DNA from: a virus
Taxonomy: Duplodnaviria; Caudoviricetes
Reading direction: 5' to 3' (one strand)
Length of the DNA stretch: 64,000 nucleotides
IMG/VR virus record: IMGVR_UViG_3300031857_000014
The notes under the pieces were generated by a model. That model was not told the origin of the DNA and searched no databases. It was given only the letters and a program-made list of their open reading frames with translations. This document shows, one piece after another, positions 48,676 through 58,405 of this stretch (position 1 is the first letter of the stretch; the number at the start of each line of letters is the position of its first letter). Made by a program: the position numbers and the translations under genes.

Positions 48676-49094
48676 TGGGCCTGCCTTGGTTTTGACGGAC
48701 ATTTGTATGGTAAATGGGCATGTAGTCGGATGTCATCTACGACTTAAATCTACGGTGGTAAAATTCAAACGGCAACGTTTACAACAACATGGAAATTGCA
48801 GGTCTTCTTGCAACTTCTAAAGTAGCTGCTTAATTAAGTACCTACTCTCGGGTCGGTTAGGACATATAACCTAGGAACAGAAGTCCATGAGGTTTAACAC
48901 CTACCACGTGATTCAGTTCAGAAAAGTGTGTTGGAGCAAATCAGACGGCTCCTTAAATCCGGTTTGGGGATTGTTGGAAGTAGTTATCTAAATCTATAAC
49001 TTCCTATTTGTTGATTATGAATAATCAAATAAACATGTAGTCCATTTATTGTTCGGTGTTTCGGACAGCGGTTCGACTCCGCTCAGGTCCACCA
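48676..49094 (+). ncRNA. ssrA: tmRNA (phage-encoded), predicted tag (A)GNVYNNMEIAGLLATSKVAA at 48771-48833
   Basis: 5' GGGCCTG..GGTTTTGAC; 3' GCGG-TTCGACT-CCGCT-CAGGTCC-A-CCA; G3.U70 and A discriminator; TATCTTTG promoter at 48649-48656. Confidence 0.93.
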
Positions 49095-49103
49095 CAAATA
49101 AAA

Positions 49104-49127
49104 TTCCCCTCATTTGAGGGGTTTTTT
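49104..49127 (+). terminator. Terminator after ssrA
   Basis: CCCCTC-attt-GAGGGG followed by TTTTTT. Confidence 0.8.
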
Positions 49128-49295
49128 GTTTCAAGGACACATTGTCCTTGATAATGTCTTTGAGAGGTCTATAAACGAACAAGAGAGGTCTTTAGGACCC
49201 CTCTGTCGAGATTTTAGAATACCTCCTTTTCGTTTTTTAAAGGTTATCATCTAATGGCGACCAAACCGATTAGACTCTATTAATAAATATCTTAA

Positions 49296-50258
49296 TTAAA
49301 CACTTTGTGCTAACATTTTTAACATATTTAACCCCATTGCGTTTGATAAAACTGAAGATTGTCCCGCAGCAGGTGCACCTGCTTGTGCAGACATACTTTC
49401 TATTTGTGATAACTCTTGCGGTGTCGTAGACTGATTTATCAATTGTGAAAATCTTGGGTCATTAGCAAGTTGTTCCCTAAATTTTTCATCTGATTTAAAC
49501 TTATCTGAAAATGCTTCAAAACTCGGTAGACCAAACATATCCAATAAATTATTAGATATTACAAAATATTTGACCATATCCCTTCTACCTTTTCTAGCAG
49601 GCATTACAACATTCCACCAATTAGATAACCATGTTTTGGGTTCATGTCCGCGCTTTGTAACATATTGAGATAGTTTTTCATCCTGAAAAAACTTTTTATA
49701 TCCTGAACTAAAAGATTTACCCGCAGATATTTCTTTTCCTATTGTTTTACCGACATGAGCGGGTCTAGTTTTACCTAAACTCTCTCCAATTTTTTGTATT
49801 GCGGTTTTATGTTCAGTAATTGATTTAGTTAGTCCATTTGCCGCTTTTGTTCCAACAACAGGTATATTGTCTAATTGACTAATTGTTTTTCCTATTAACG
49901 GGTTGTTCAAGTGTTGACCTAATTTTACATACTCCTTTGCAAATTGTGGGTTTGTTGCAGCAAATCTTACCATATCATCACCACTCTTTAATGCCACTTT
50001 ACCCGCAACTCCGGAACCTTTTAATAAACTAATTATTGGTTTTGCAATAAAGTCACCCACAGTTGGAATCAATGCAATTAACATCAAACCGGCGTATAGG
50101 TATTCTTTTTTATAGATATATCTGATTATTAATATGATATCAAAGACTTCACCGATTACCGGAATAAAACCTCCAACCATTAATGCGTTCTCAATAAAGT
50201 CTTCATTGAGAACTTTTTTTGATTCTAAAATTTCTTTTTTTGTGTATTCTTTTCTCAT
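49296..50258 (-). CDS. Membrane-associated protein with a pre-toxin-TG-like N-terminal domain
   Basis: ALMVGGFIPVIGEVFDIILII..EYLYAGLMLIALIPTVGDFIAK. Confidence 0.55.
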   Translation of the reverse strand: MRKEYTKKEILESKKVLNEDFIENALMVGGFIPVIGEVFDIILIIRYIYKKEYLYAGLMLIALIPTVGDFIAKPIISLLKGSGVAGKVALKSGDDMVRFAATNPQFAKEYVKLGQHLNNPLIGKTISQLDNIPVVGTKAANGLTKSITEHKTAIQKIGESLGKTRPAHVGKTIGKEISAGKSFSSGYKKFFQDEKLSQYVTKRGHEPKTWLSNWWNVVMPARKGRRDMVKYFVISNNLLDMFGLPSFEAFSDKFKSDEKFREQLANDPRFSQLINQSTTPQELSQIESMSAQAGAPAAGQSSVLSNAMGLNMLKMLAQSV

Positions 50259-50866
50259 TTGTGTATTGCTTTACAAAATAAATCTGCGACTGTCTCACCA
50301 AAATTAGATTTTCTTAATGCTTCACCAAACATATTACCGACATAAGTAGAACCCACACCAGACCAGTCGTAATCATTACTATTTACTTTGGTAACACTTC
50401 CACCCAATTGTCTGATTACAACTTCACCTACAGCATCAAATACATTTGGTGCTCCTGCCATACAAGATGACTTATCTTTAAACATTCTAATTATATCTAA
50501 AGGACTTTTCACATAATCCGCTAATCCTTGTGCTAATTTAGTTGAAAGACTATCACTAAGACCTAAAGCGGCAAGAATATATTTTATTGCGAATTCTCTT
50601 GCTCCGGAATAAAGACTTTCTTTTGCCATTCCACCCCAATCAATTTTTTCTAAAGGGTTTTCGAATTCATTTAATTGAATTAGTATTTCTTTTTCAGTAT
50701 AACCTTCAGAAATCAATTTACTACTGATATATTTATACCTTTTTACAAATGAATCAAAATCACTTGATTCATTTAAAGTAGAGACAGATTCAATTAATTT
50801 TTCTTTTCTCTTTTTTTGTAAGTTGTTACTTACAATATTTTTAATTTTTAAATTAACTTTTTCCAT
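50255..50866 (-). CDS. Hypothetical protein, possible head cargo
   Basis: LIESVSTLNESS and LNEFE motifs. Confidence 0.55.
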   Translation of the reverse strand: MEKVNLKIKNIVSNNLQKKRKEKLIESVSTLNESSDFDSFVKRYKYISSKLISEGYTEKEILIQLNEFENPLEKIDWGGMAKESLYSGAREFAIKYILAALGLSDSLSTKLAQGLADYVKSPLDIIRMFKDKSSCMAGAPNVFDAVGEVVIRQLGGSVTKVNSNDYDWSGVGSTYVGNMFGEALRKSNFGETVADLFCKAIHK

Positions 50867-50870
50867 TTAA

Positions 50871-52904
50871 TTATTTTTTTCTTTTTACAAAAACATATTT
50901 TTCACCAAATTTCTTGTCTTTTTCTTTTCCTAATTTGTAACCTTTTTTATTCATATAATCAACAATGAACTTTTCTTCTTGAGGGTTCAAATCTCTACCT
51001 TTATAAACGTATCTGTTTAAAAGTCTTTGATATTTTAAATTGTTTGATAATTCAAAAACAACTTCATTACTTAATGGTGTTTCTACCGCTGTACTTGTCG
51101 TTGGTGTACTTGTCGTTGGTGTACTTGTCGTTGTAGAGGTAGTTGGTGTAGTTGTAGAAGTAATTGGTGTCGTTGTAGATGTGGTTGGAGGAGTCACAAC
51201 AGTTGTTTTACCACAATTTCTCTTAATTTCATCATACAACGCTTCACTAATACCAGTAGCGTTAAAATCTTTAATATCAATTACCTTAGTTCCTTTATTG
51301 TTGATGTAATTTTCAAGATATCCTTTAGTTGCCGGTCCAAAATTACCTGTTTGTACATTTGCTGGCATACCTAAACAAACTTGTATTTCTTTTATTTTAC
51401 CTGATTTACATCCCATTTGCATAGGGAATTTATCGCACTCGGTAAAAGAACTTTTCTTTTTACCTCCACCACCAGTAGAACCTCCACCACCAGTAGAACC
51501 TCCACCACCAGTAGAACCTCCACCACCAGTAGAACCTCCACCACCTTCTGATTTTGCTCCGTCCCACGTAATTTCTATATTACCAATACCAGTCGCTCCA
51601 CCACCAGTAGTTGGTGCCGGTGTTGTTGATTTACCACTTTCAATTTGACTAATTAGTTTTCTCATTTCTTTTTTCGCCCTTACTGATTCAGCATTAACGG
51701 TATAAATGAAATCTAAACTCTTATTTAAACTACCACCACCGAAACCTGAATCTTTATAAAGTTCTAAAAATTCTTTTCCTTGTGTGGGATTTGAAGAATA
51801 TTTCTGAAGTAAATTTTTGGCATCTTGTAAATCACCACTAGTTACAGGAAAATCTAATAAATCAATCATGGTCTCAACATCACTTTCAACTGATTCGGTT
51901 AAATTTAAACTTTCAGTAATAGTTGCGACACCTGATTTACATTTCCAACTACCTTTCTTTTTTGTTTTATAATCAACTACTCTACCTGTACTAAAAAATC
52001 CTAAACCTTCAGGATATTCTGTTGTCGGATTTGTTTTGACAATATTACTATTTGCGTCAAATTTTACAATTTTAGCAGAACCATCATCAATCATCTTTTG
52101 TAAACATTCAGCCCATTCACCCGGAGCCGTTTTTGGTGTACCTTCAGCAGTTTCACCACTATCTGATAACCAATACCATAATATCGCACCTGTAACACCA
52201 ATACCTGCACCCCATATTAATAACTTTTGCCAAGTTGGTTTTGTTTTCATGAATTCTTTAAACTTATTTCCGTGTTTACCAAATAAATTTTTAATTCTCT
52301 CACCGAAAGATTTTGAAATTTTACCATCAGCAGCAGCTGTTTCAGTTGCTTTATGTGTTGAACTAATACCTTTTTGTTTTATTGTTTGAGGTCTTTCATA
52401 AACTTTACCGGTTTTCGGATCTATTTGATTGAATTTCTTTTGTACAATTTTTGTAATCGCGTCTTGACTATAACCAGCATCTTTTAACGCCTTTTCGTAT
52501 GCGGGTTGTCCTTTAGCAAATTCTGACGCGTATTTTTGGTCAAACATTTTATTTCTAACCAAATTTTCAGAAGCTAAATCAATTAATTTAGCATTTTTTG
52601 TGTTTGATTTCAATATACTTAACTCTAACGCACCTTTCAAACTAGAAGTTAATCTGTTTCCTTTTAATGCCGCTAATAATTCTTCAGATGTTCTTATACC
52701 ACTTTTTAATAACTCATCTGCTATTTTTTTATTTTTATTCATTGCTTTTAAGTACCCTTCTAATTCAGAAGCCACTAATTTACCTTCCCTTGCAGCGGAT
52801 GCGATTAAGTCTTCATTAATTAATTCATTTTGAATCAATTTATTTTCAATTGATTCAACTAAATTCATGTACTTTCTAATTAATAAACTGTCTTTATTTT
52901 CCAT
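50871..52904 (-). CDS. TM protein with Gly/Ser linker, peptidoglycan-binding-like domain and PT-rich linker
   Basis: TM WQKLLIWGAGIGVTGAILWYWL; MQMGCKSGKIKEIQVCLG..TGNFGPATKGYL; (GGGGST)n; PTTST repeats. Confidence 0.6.
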   Translation of the reverse strand: MENKDSLLIRKYMNLVESIENKLIQNELINEDLIASAAREGKLVASELEGYLKAMNKNKKIADELLKSGIRTSEELLAALKGNRLTSSLKGALELSILKSNTKNAKLIDLASENLVRNKMFDQKYASEFAKGQPAYEKALKDAGYSQDAITKIVQKKFNQIDPKTGKVYERPQTIKQKGISSTHKATETAAADGKISKSFGERIKNLFGKHGNKFKEFMKTKPTWQKLLIWGAGIGVTGAILWYWLSDSGETAEGTPKTAPGEWAECLQKMIDDGSAKIVKFDANSNIVKTNPTTEYPEGLGFFSTGRVVDYKTKKKGSWKCKSGVATITESLNLTESVESDVETMIDLLDFPVTSGDLQDAKNLLQKYSSNPTQGKEFLELYKDSGFGGGSLNKSLDFIYTVNAESVRAKKEMRKLISQIESGKSTTPAPTTGGGATGIGNIEITWDGAKSEGGGGSTGGGGSTGGGGSTGGGGSTGGGGKKKSSFTECDKFPMQMGCKSGKIKEIQVCLGMPANVQTGNFGPATKGYLENYINNKGTKVIDIKDFNATGISEALYDEIKRNCGKTTVVTPPTTSTTTPITSTTTPTTSTTTSTPTTSTPTTSTAVETPLSNEVVFELSNNLKYQRLLNRYVYKGRDLNPQEEKFIVDYMNKKGYKLGKEKDKKFGEKYVFVKRKK
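51463..51545. repeat. 18-bp tandem repeat, 4 full copies plus a partial (coding GGGGST)
   Basis: CCTCCACCACCAGTAGAA repeated. Confidence 0.9.
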
Positions 52905-52927
52905 CTTTTTATTTTTTTTATTTTATT

Positions 52928-54223
52928 TTATAAATCATCATAAACGTATTCAGATTCTATACTTTTATCTGAAAGACCTGTTTCTGCAGCCTTTTCATAC
53001 TCACGTTTCTTTCCTTGACCATATGCACCAATACCAACTAACGGTACTCCAATGTTTGCAGCTGCTTGAGCTCCTTTTAATGTCTTAGTACCTTGTAATG
53101 ATTTTGGTGCAACCTTACCAACAAGTTTACCTGGAGCGGTTAAGACTTTACCCCCAACATTAAATAATCCTTTTATCGCGGCACCCATTGTGTTCAAAAC
53201 TTTACCAACACCATTAAAAGCACCACTTAAAAAATTATAGATTTTAGGTGCGTTTTTTTGAAGATATGTTGCTGCTCTTTGCATCAAAGACGATGCACCA
53301 CCAATACCACCTGATATTTTTTGTAATATTCCTTGTAATGGTTTACTTGATTGAACTGCTTTAGATAAAGCTGAAGTTGATTTACCAAATTGTCTAATTA
53401 AACCACCAACAACCCCTTTTGCGGTTTTAGCTGCAACACCTGCAAATACTAAACCTAAAATATCAACACCTAAAAACACATATCTCCAAACTGGGCTTAA
53501 ATCAGGATCTTCATAATTTCCTGTCATTATTTCGTAAACATCTAATGCAACAATAACTGCCCATATAACAAATTGAGCGCTTTTACCAATTCCTGTTGCA
53601 ACTAAAATGGCGTCTAACAATAAACCTATTGGATTATACATTGCTGATCTTATTTTTCTTGCAACATATAACATTCCTTTTTTTATTAAATCCAAAACTG
53701 CTGACCAATCACCATCTTTGATGTAACTATACGCCTTTTTCATACCCTCCCAAGATGTGGAAGCGAAATCTTTAACACCTTTAACCGCACCTTTTACTGT
53801 TTCTTTACCCCAATTAGCAACATCACCAGCAACTTGTTTGGTTTTATCCCATAAATCTCCAAAAAACCCTTCTTCTATTAATTGTTTTATAATTGGTTTT
53901 AATTCACTAAGGTTTTGAGTACTTTCAGTTAAAACCAATTTATCCAAAGACTGTAAAACATCTTCTTTTATTTGTTGTGGCACATTTTCAGCGACCTCAA
54001 ATGAATGTTTCAAGAAAAATTTGAAATTATCAAAATTTTCCCAAATATTCCCTATTTTAGATTTATTCTCAATATCGTACAACTCGTCTAAGAAAATACA
54101 ATATTTTTCATCTGGTGATAACCAATCAGTAAAAACAACATCACTATTCTTTTGCATCTCATGCAAACCTCTAATTCTGTTTCTTTCTGATTCTGTTAAG
54201 ATTTCTCTTACTTGTTTAACCAT
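52928..54223 (-). CDS. Ala/Gly-rich membrane-associated protein, possible head cargo
   Basis: Starts MVKQVREILTESER; hydrophobic block IGLLLDAILVATGIG..FVIWAVIVALD..VFLGVDILGLVFAG. Confidence 0.55.
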   Translation of the reverse strand: MVKQVREILTESERNRIRGLHEMQKNSDVVFTDWLSPDEKYCIFLDELYDIENKSKIGNIWENFDNFKFFLKHSFEVAENVPQQIKEDVLQSLDKLVLTESTQNLSELKPIIKQLIEEGFFGDLWDKTKQVAGDVANWGKETVKGAVKGVKDFASTSWEGMKKAYSYIKDGDWSAVLDLIKKGMLYVARKIRSAMYNPIGLLLDAILVATGIGKSAQFVIWAVIVALDVYEIMTGNYEDPDLSPVWRYVFLGVDILGLVFAGVAAKTAKGVVGGLIRQFGKSTSALSKAVQSSKPLQGILQKISGGIGGASSLMQRAATYLQKNAPKIYNFLSGAFNGVGKVLNTMGAAIKGLFNVGGKVLTAPGKLVGKVAPKSLQGTKTLKGAQAAANIGVPLVGIGAYGQGKKREYEKAAETGLSDKSIESEYVYDDL

Positions 54224-54231
54224 TTTACTTA

Positions 54232-54477
54232 TTATTTTAACGGATTTGCTTTTCCTCTTTTTAGTATTGAACCCACAACATCTGACCATTTTGACTTAGT
54301 TAATTGATTTGCAGGACCTCTTGTAACACCACTTTCCCAACGACCAACTTCAGGATATCCTTTTGAAGGACCACTTGTTGACGTTGTTTGTGTAGTTGTA
54401 GAAGGAGCATCTTGTTCCTCTAAATCAATATTTGACATAATTGTTTTCAATTGTTTTTCGGTTAAATACAATTTCAT
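54232..54477 (-). CDS. Small phage protein (KWESGVTRGPANQL motif)
   Basis: MKLYLTEKQL start with late motif at 54482-54489. Confidence 0.55.
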   Translation of the reverse strand: MKLYLTEKQLKTIMSNIDLEEQDAPSTTTQTTSTSGPSKGYPEVGRWESGVTRGPANQLTKSKWSDVVGSILKRGKANPLK

Positions 54478-54551
54478 AACATATAAATACTCGGAAAACA
54501 AATAGAAATACAGTTTAGAATGTGAGAAAATGGGTTTTTTTACTAGTACAA

Positions 54552-54920
54552 TTATTCGTCATAAATGGTATTATCCATTTTTGCAAATAATTTAATATAC
54601 TGTCCCGCTTTTGCGTTTGCTTCATCTTCAATTTCACCTCCAATATCCGGTGGAGGTGTTTTCAACCTACCCTCTTCAAACTGTTTGTGGTGAACCAATT
54701 CATGAGCAATACTTCTCATTACATCAACTAAAGCTCTATTTTTGGCGTTTACCTTGATAATTTTATTTTCCTTTCTGTAATCGTAATTTGCGGTAGTTTT
54801 AAGTTCACCTCTACCATTTTGGATAGAAATAGTGGGAGGATTTTCAATTTGTAATTGTTCCTTAACAAATTTTACGAATCTTGTAAGTTTTTCTTTCTTT
54901 TCTTTATCTAAGAATCCCAT
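54552..54920 (-). CDS. HExxH metallopeptidase-like protein
   Basis: DVMRSIAHELVHHKQ...EDEANAKAG. Confidence 0.75.
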   Translation of the reverse strand: MGFLDKEKKEKLTRFVKFVKEQLQIENPPTISIQNGRGELKTTANYDYRKENKIIKVNAKNRALVDVMRSIAHELVHHKQFEEGRLKTPPPDIGGEIEDEANAKAGQYIKLFAKMDNTIYDE

Positions 54921-54931
54921 GTTAATAAATA

Positions 54932-55180
54932 TCACAAATTTTGTTGTTCTGGTAAATCATTATCCAAAAAATACTGATCCATAATTTCTACTAAAAAATC
55001 TTCATCTATTTCGTCCATATCACCTTCGTGTATAATCGTTGGAGAATAGTATTCAACATCGTTAAAATCTAACTCTAAAACCCTATAAAATAAATCCTTA
55101 TCTTCTTCTGTAGAAAATTCTATGTATAATTTTTTATTATCTGAGTTATAATAATATTCGTGTATATTCATCTTAAACAC
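54932..55180 (-). CDS. Hypothetical acidic protein
   Basis: 82-aa ORF. Confidence 0.5.
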   Translation of the reverse strand: MFKMNIHEYYYNSDNKKLYIEFSTEEDKDLFYRVLELDFNDVEYYSPTIIHEGDMDEIDEDFLVEIMDQYFLDNDLPEQQNL

Positions 55181-55262
55181 AAATAATTATATTAATAAAA
55201 TCGAAAAGCAAATTTTTTTTGGTATTTGATATATAAAAAGTAAAAAAAAGGTTATAATTAGT

Positions 55263-55592
55263 ATGAATATGGACTGGTACAGTATTGAATTTTTATATCC
55301 AAATTCTTATAGAGATTTTATTGAATCTATGTTTCCAAATGTTGGGATAATAAGTGTTTCAACGCTATATTATTTTGACACAAAAAAACTATATAGATAT
55401 TTTGATAAAAAAGGTATTTTTTTAACCACCGAATTATTCAGATCATATTGTTGGGGGTATACAATTTCATTACAAAATGGTGTTGTTTTCGGACCGTCTC
55501 AAGAATTTAAAAATAGTAGAGAGGAAATTGAATCTGACGGGTTTATGGAATGTTTTAAAATCTTAGATAAGATGTTGATGGACACAATTTGA
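55263..55592 (+). CDS. Hypothetical protein
   Basis: 109-aa ORF. Confidence 0.5.
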   Translation: MNMDWYSIEFLYPNSYRDFIESMFPNVGIISVSTLYYFDTKKLYRYFDKKGIFLTTELFRSYCWGYTISLQNGVVFGPSQEFKNSREEIESDGFMECFKILDKMLMDTI

Positions 55593-55605
55593 ATGTATTT
55601 ATAGT

Positions 55606-55908
55606 ATGAGCACATCATTAAATTTTTTGTTACAAGCAACTAAACTTTTACATAATAGAAGTTATGATGACCATGAGTTGAGTATTATCTACGAATACTT
55701 AGTTTCTGTTGACAATGAAATTTTAAATGATTATTATAGTAGATGTACGGTTTTGACATTTACAAATGATTTGGAATTATACATCGAAATTGTAAACTCA
55801 ATGATTGTTATTTTTGAAGAAAAAGAAGAATATGAGAGATGTGGGGTTCTGAAAAGTAAAATGGACGAATCGTTAAAAATAATCGACAGTCATCAGGACA
55901 AAAAATGA
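55606..55908 (+). CDS. Hypothetical protein (C-terminal EEYERC UVR-like motif)
   Basis: TATTTATA at 55596-55603. Confidence 0.55.
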   Translation: MSTSLNFLLQATKLLHNRSYDDHELSIIYEYLVSVDNEILNDYYSRCTVLTFTNDLELYIEIVNSMIVIFEEKEEYERCGVLKSKMDESLKIIDSHQDKK

Positions 55909-56243
55909 ATGGATACTTATACTTGTTAATTGAAGTAAACGAAAAAGGAGAGGAATATCACAAAATAGGAATTTCAAAAAATCACCCGGAAAAACGAGCA
56001 AAAAAATTACAAACCGGAAATCCCAACAAAATAGACGTTTTAAAAATTTACGAATCCAAAAACTATAAATCACTTGAAAAATGGTTGCATAGTAAATTTT
56101 ACAACAAAAAGACCTTATCAGAAAATGAATGGTTTAAATTATCTGATGAGGATGTAATCAATTTTTTGGATACTTGTAAAAAAATGGACGATACAATTGA
56201 AATGTTGATAAGAGAAAATTCTTTTTATAGAGAAATTCTCTAA
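55905..56243 (+). CDS. GIY-YIG-like T5orf172/MUG113 domain protein
   Basis: GYLYLL..YHKIGISK..PEKRAKKLQTGNP..LEKWLHSKF..EWF. Confidence 0.85.
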   Translation: MNGYLYLLIEVNEKGEEYHKIGISKNHPEKRAKKLQTGNPNKIDVLKIYESKNYKSLEKWLHSKFYNKKTLSENEWFKLSDEDVINFLDTCKKMDDTIEMLIRENSFYREIL

Positions 56244-56252
56244 TCTTTATTC

Positions 56253-56489
56253 TTACTTATTAATCTCGTAAAAAAAATATAAGACAACCAAAAACAAGCG
56301 GAAATTGAATAAAAAACGATATCTGCAACCCAGTATGAACCACTCACGTCCATTATCAATTTGAACAATGCGTCGTACCCAAATGGGAGAAAGAACATCG
56401 CTAACATTAGTGATGTATCTTTGTAAAAAATTAAACGGTTCTCTTTTTCCTTTAAGGATTTTATTTTTTTTACCATCATCAGAATCCAT
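56253..56489 (-). CDS. Small hydrophobic protein; frame ambiguous with 56240-56479
   Basis: Two overlapping minus-strand ORFs; the 56240-56479 frame has two clear TM segments and may be the real one. Confidence 0.3.
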   Translation of the reverse strand: MDSDDGKKNKILKGKREPFNFLQRYITNVSDVLSPIWVRRIVQIDNGREWFILGCRYRFLFNFRLFLVVLYFFYEINK

Positions 56490-56530
56490 TCAACTATTGT
56501 TTAATCAATTATGTCTTAAAGACCTTTTGA

Positions 56531-57610
56531 TTATAAATACTTAACAAATTCTAATGCGGATTGAATTACTTGGTGCATATCGTAGTATTTGTATTCCGCC
56601 AACCTACCACCAAAGTAAACATTTCTTAAATTTTCTGATTCCTGTTTGTACTTGAGATACCTCTCATTATTTATTTCATCATTCACAGGATAGTATGGTT
56701 CCGTTTTATCTGCAATATACTCTGTCGGGTATTCAAATGTTAACCAAGTCACATCTGATTGAATATTTTCAAAATGTTTGTGTTCAATAACTCTGGTGAA
56801 TGGAATACCGACATCAGTATAATTCATCACAGGAGTGCCTTGGTAATCATCATCAATTATTTTTTTATGTTCAAATTTCGTTGTTTTATATTCCAAGTCA
56901 CCATATTTGTAATTGAAAAATTTATCGATTGGTCCGGTATAAATTAATTTGTAATAATCAGGAATTTCGTCTTTAAAGAAATCTGTATTTAATCTAACTT
57001 CAATTCCTTCCAATAATTTTTCAAATATTTGAGTATATCCACCAACAGGTATTCCTTGATATTTGTCATTAAAATAATTGTTATCGTAAGTAAATCTAAC
57101 CGGTAATCTCTTAATTATTTCTTTTGGTAAATCCTTTGGTTCTTTTCTCCATTGTTTAGTTGTATACCCTTTAATTAGTTTTTCATAGACATCGGTACCA
57201 ACTAATTTAATAGCTTGTTCTTCTAAATTCTGTGGGTCTTTGATATGTTCACTCTGAAGTTGTATCATTCTTTTTGCCTGATCTGGATGTGTTACATTCC
57301 ATAATTTTGAAAATGTCCACATATTGAATGGTAAAGAATAAATTTCACCTTTATAATTTGCAACAGGTCTTAGGGTAAAATCATTGAAAGAAACAAATTG
57401 ATTAATCCATTTCCAAACCTCTTCATTTGATGTGTGAAAAATATGTGGACCGTATTCGTGTACATTTATACCATCTCTATTGGAAGTATAACAATTACCA
57501 CCAATGTGGTTTCTTGATTCAATTACACAAACTTTATAACCCTGTTTGTATAATTCGTGTGCACAAATCGAACCAAAAAATCCTGACCCAACAATCAAAT
57601 AATCATACAT
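56531..57610 (-). CDS. glf: UDP-galactopyranose mutase
   Basis: DYLIVGSGFFG, HIGGNCY, VHEYGPHIFHT, KYQGIPVGGYT, PYYPVN, GGRLAEYKYYDMHQVI. Confidence 0.95.
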   Translation of the reverse strand: MYDYLIVGSGFFGSICAHELYKQGYKVCVIESRNHIGGNCYTSNRDGINVHEYGPHIFHTSNEEVWKWINQFVSFNDFTLRPVANYKGEIYSLPFNMWTFSKLWNVTHPDQAKRMIQLQSEHIKDPQNLEEQAIKLVGTDVYEKLIKGYTTKQWRKEPKDLPKEIIKRLPVRFTYDNNYFNDKYQGIPVGGYTQIFEKLLEGIEVRLNTDFFKDEIPDYYKLIYTGPIDKFFNYKYGDLEYKTTKFEHKKIIDDDYQGTPVMNYTDVGIPFTRVIEHKHFENIQSDVTWLTFEYPTEYIADKTEPYYPVNDEINNERYLKYKQESENLRNVYFGGRLAEYKYYDMHQVIQSALEFVKYL

Positions 57611-57623
57611 AAAAAATATAATA

Positions 57624-58280
57624 TTAAATTTCTAATAAACCAATACCTAAAAAATTACCATCAACATTATCGTATTGTTTAATAAACTCATGATGTTTAT
57701 AGTCATTTTTTATCTCATTCCAAAATTTAACGACATCAGGACACGCATCGCTATATATATCATGTAAAACAATATATTTTGGGTTCAATGTTAATGATAA
57801 ATTAAAATCTTTTTTTACTGCCTCGTAACTATGAAATCCATCAACTAATATTAAATCTACTTGATTATCAACATCAGATTTTGTAATATCAAAACTAGAT
57901 TTATTTAGATACGTAAATTCTGAATATTCTTCATATTCTTTTAAAATGTCTGTTTTTGAAATTATATCACATGCGTATAATTTCAAATTTTTATTTTTTA
58001 ATTTTAATATTTCTGATGTGATGATAAATGTACCACCCCATCTACTACCAATTTCCAAGTAAGAATTAATTTCATAAGATGATAATTTTTTTAAGTATTC
58101 ATTAAATTGATTTGGGTATTGCCAAAATTTTAAACCTTTTCCGTAACTATCACTAAGATGTGGTGGCATCTGCATTAATTTTTCATCATTCATACCAAAT
58201 GATGGTAGTAACAATTCCAAATCGTCATTTGATATATTATCAATATCAATTTCATTTAATTTTGTAATTAAACCTTTCAT
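57624..58280 (-). CDS. Class I SAM-dependent methyltransferase (Methyltransf_24-like)
   Basis: YLEIGSRWGGT, DLILVDGFHSYEAVKKD, IVLHD. Confidence 0.82.
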   Translation of the reverse strand: MKGLITKLNEIDIDNISNDDLELLLPSFGMNDEKLMQMPPHLSDSYGKGLKFWQYPNQFNEYLKKLSSYEINSYLEIGSRWGGTFIITSEILKLKNKNLKLYACDIISKTDILKEYEEYSEFTYLNKSSFDITKSDVDNQVDLILVDGFHSYEAVKKDFNLSLTLNPKYIVLHDIYSDACPDVVKFWNEIKNDYKHHEFIKQYDNVDGNFLGIGLLEI

Positions 58281-58405
58281 TTTAAAATTTTTTATTTAGT
58301 TTATTTTTTTTATATAATCAATGTAATAAGGTAATGTATGAATTTTTATAAATTAGTCTAAAATATAGAATGTTAAGGTTGTATTTTTAAATTTTTAAAA
58401 ACCTG

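Noticed and set aside
49131-49250. 39-aa ORF on - (MITFKKRKGG...)
   Set aside because: Runs through three strong hairpins and has no recognisable features; treated as non-coding, though not excluded
51463-51545. 18-bp repeats as a possible CRISPR array
   Set aside because: Head-to-tail with no spacers and in-frame Gly/Ser coding; no repeat-spacer array or cas gene was seen anywhere in the window
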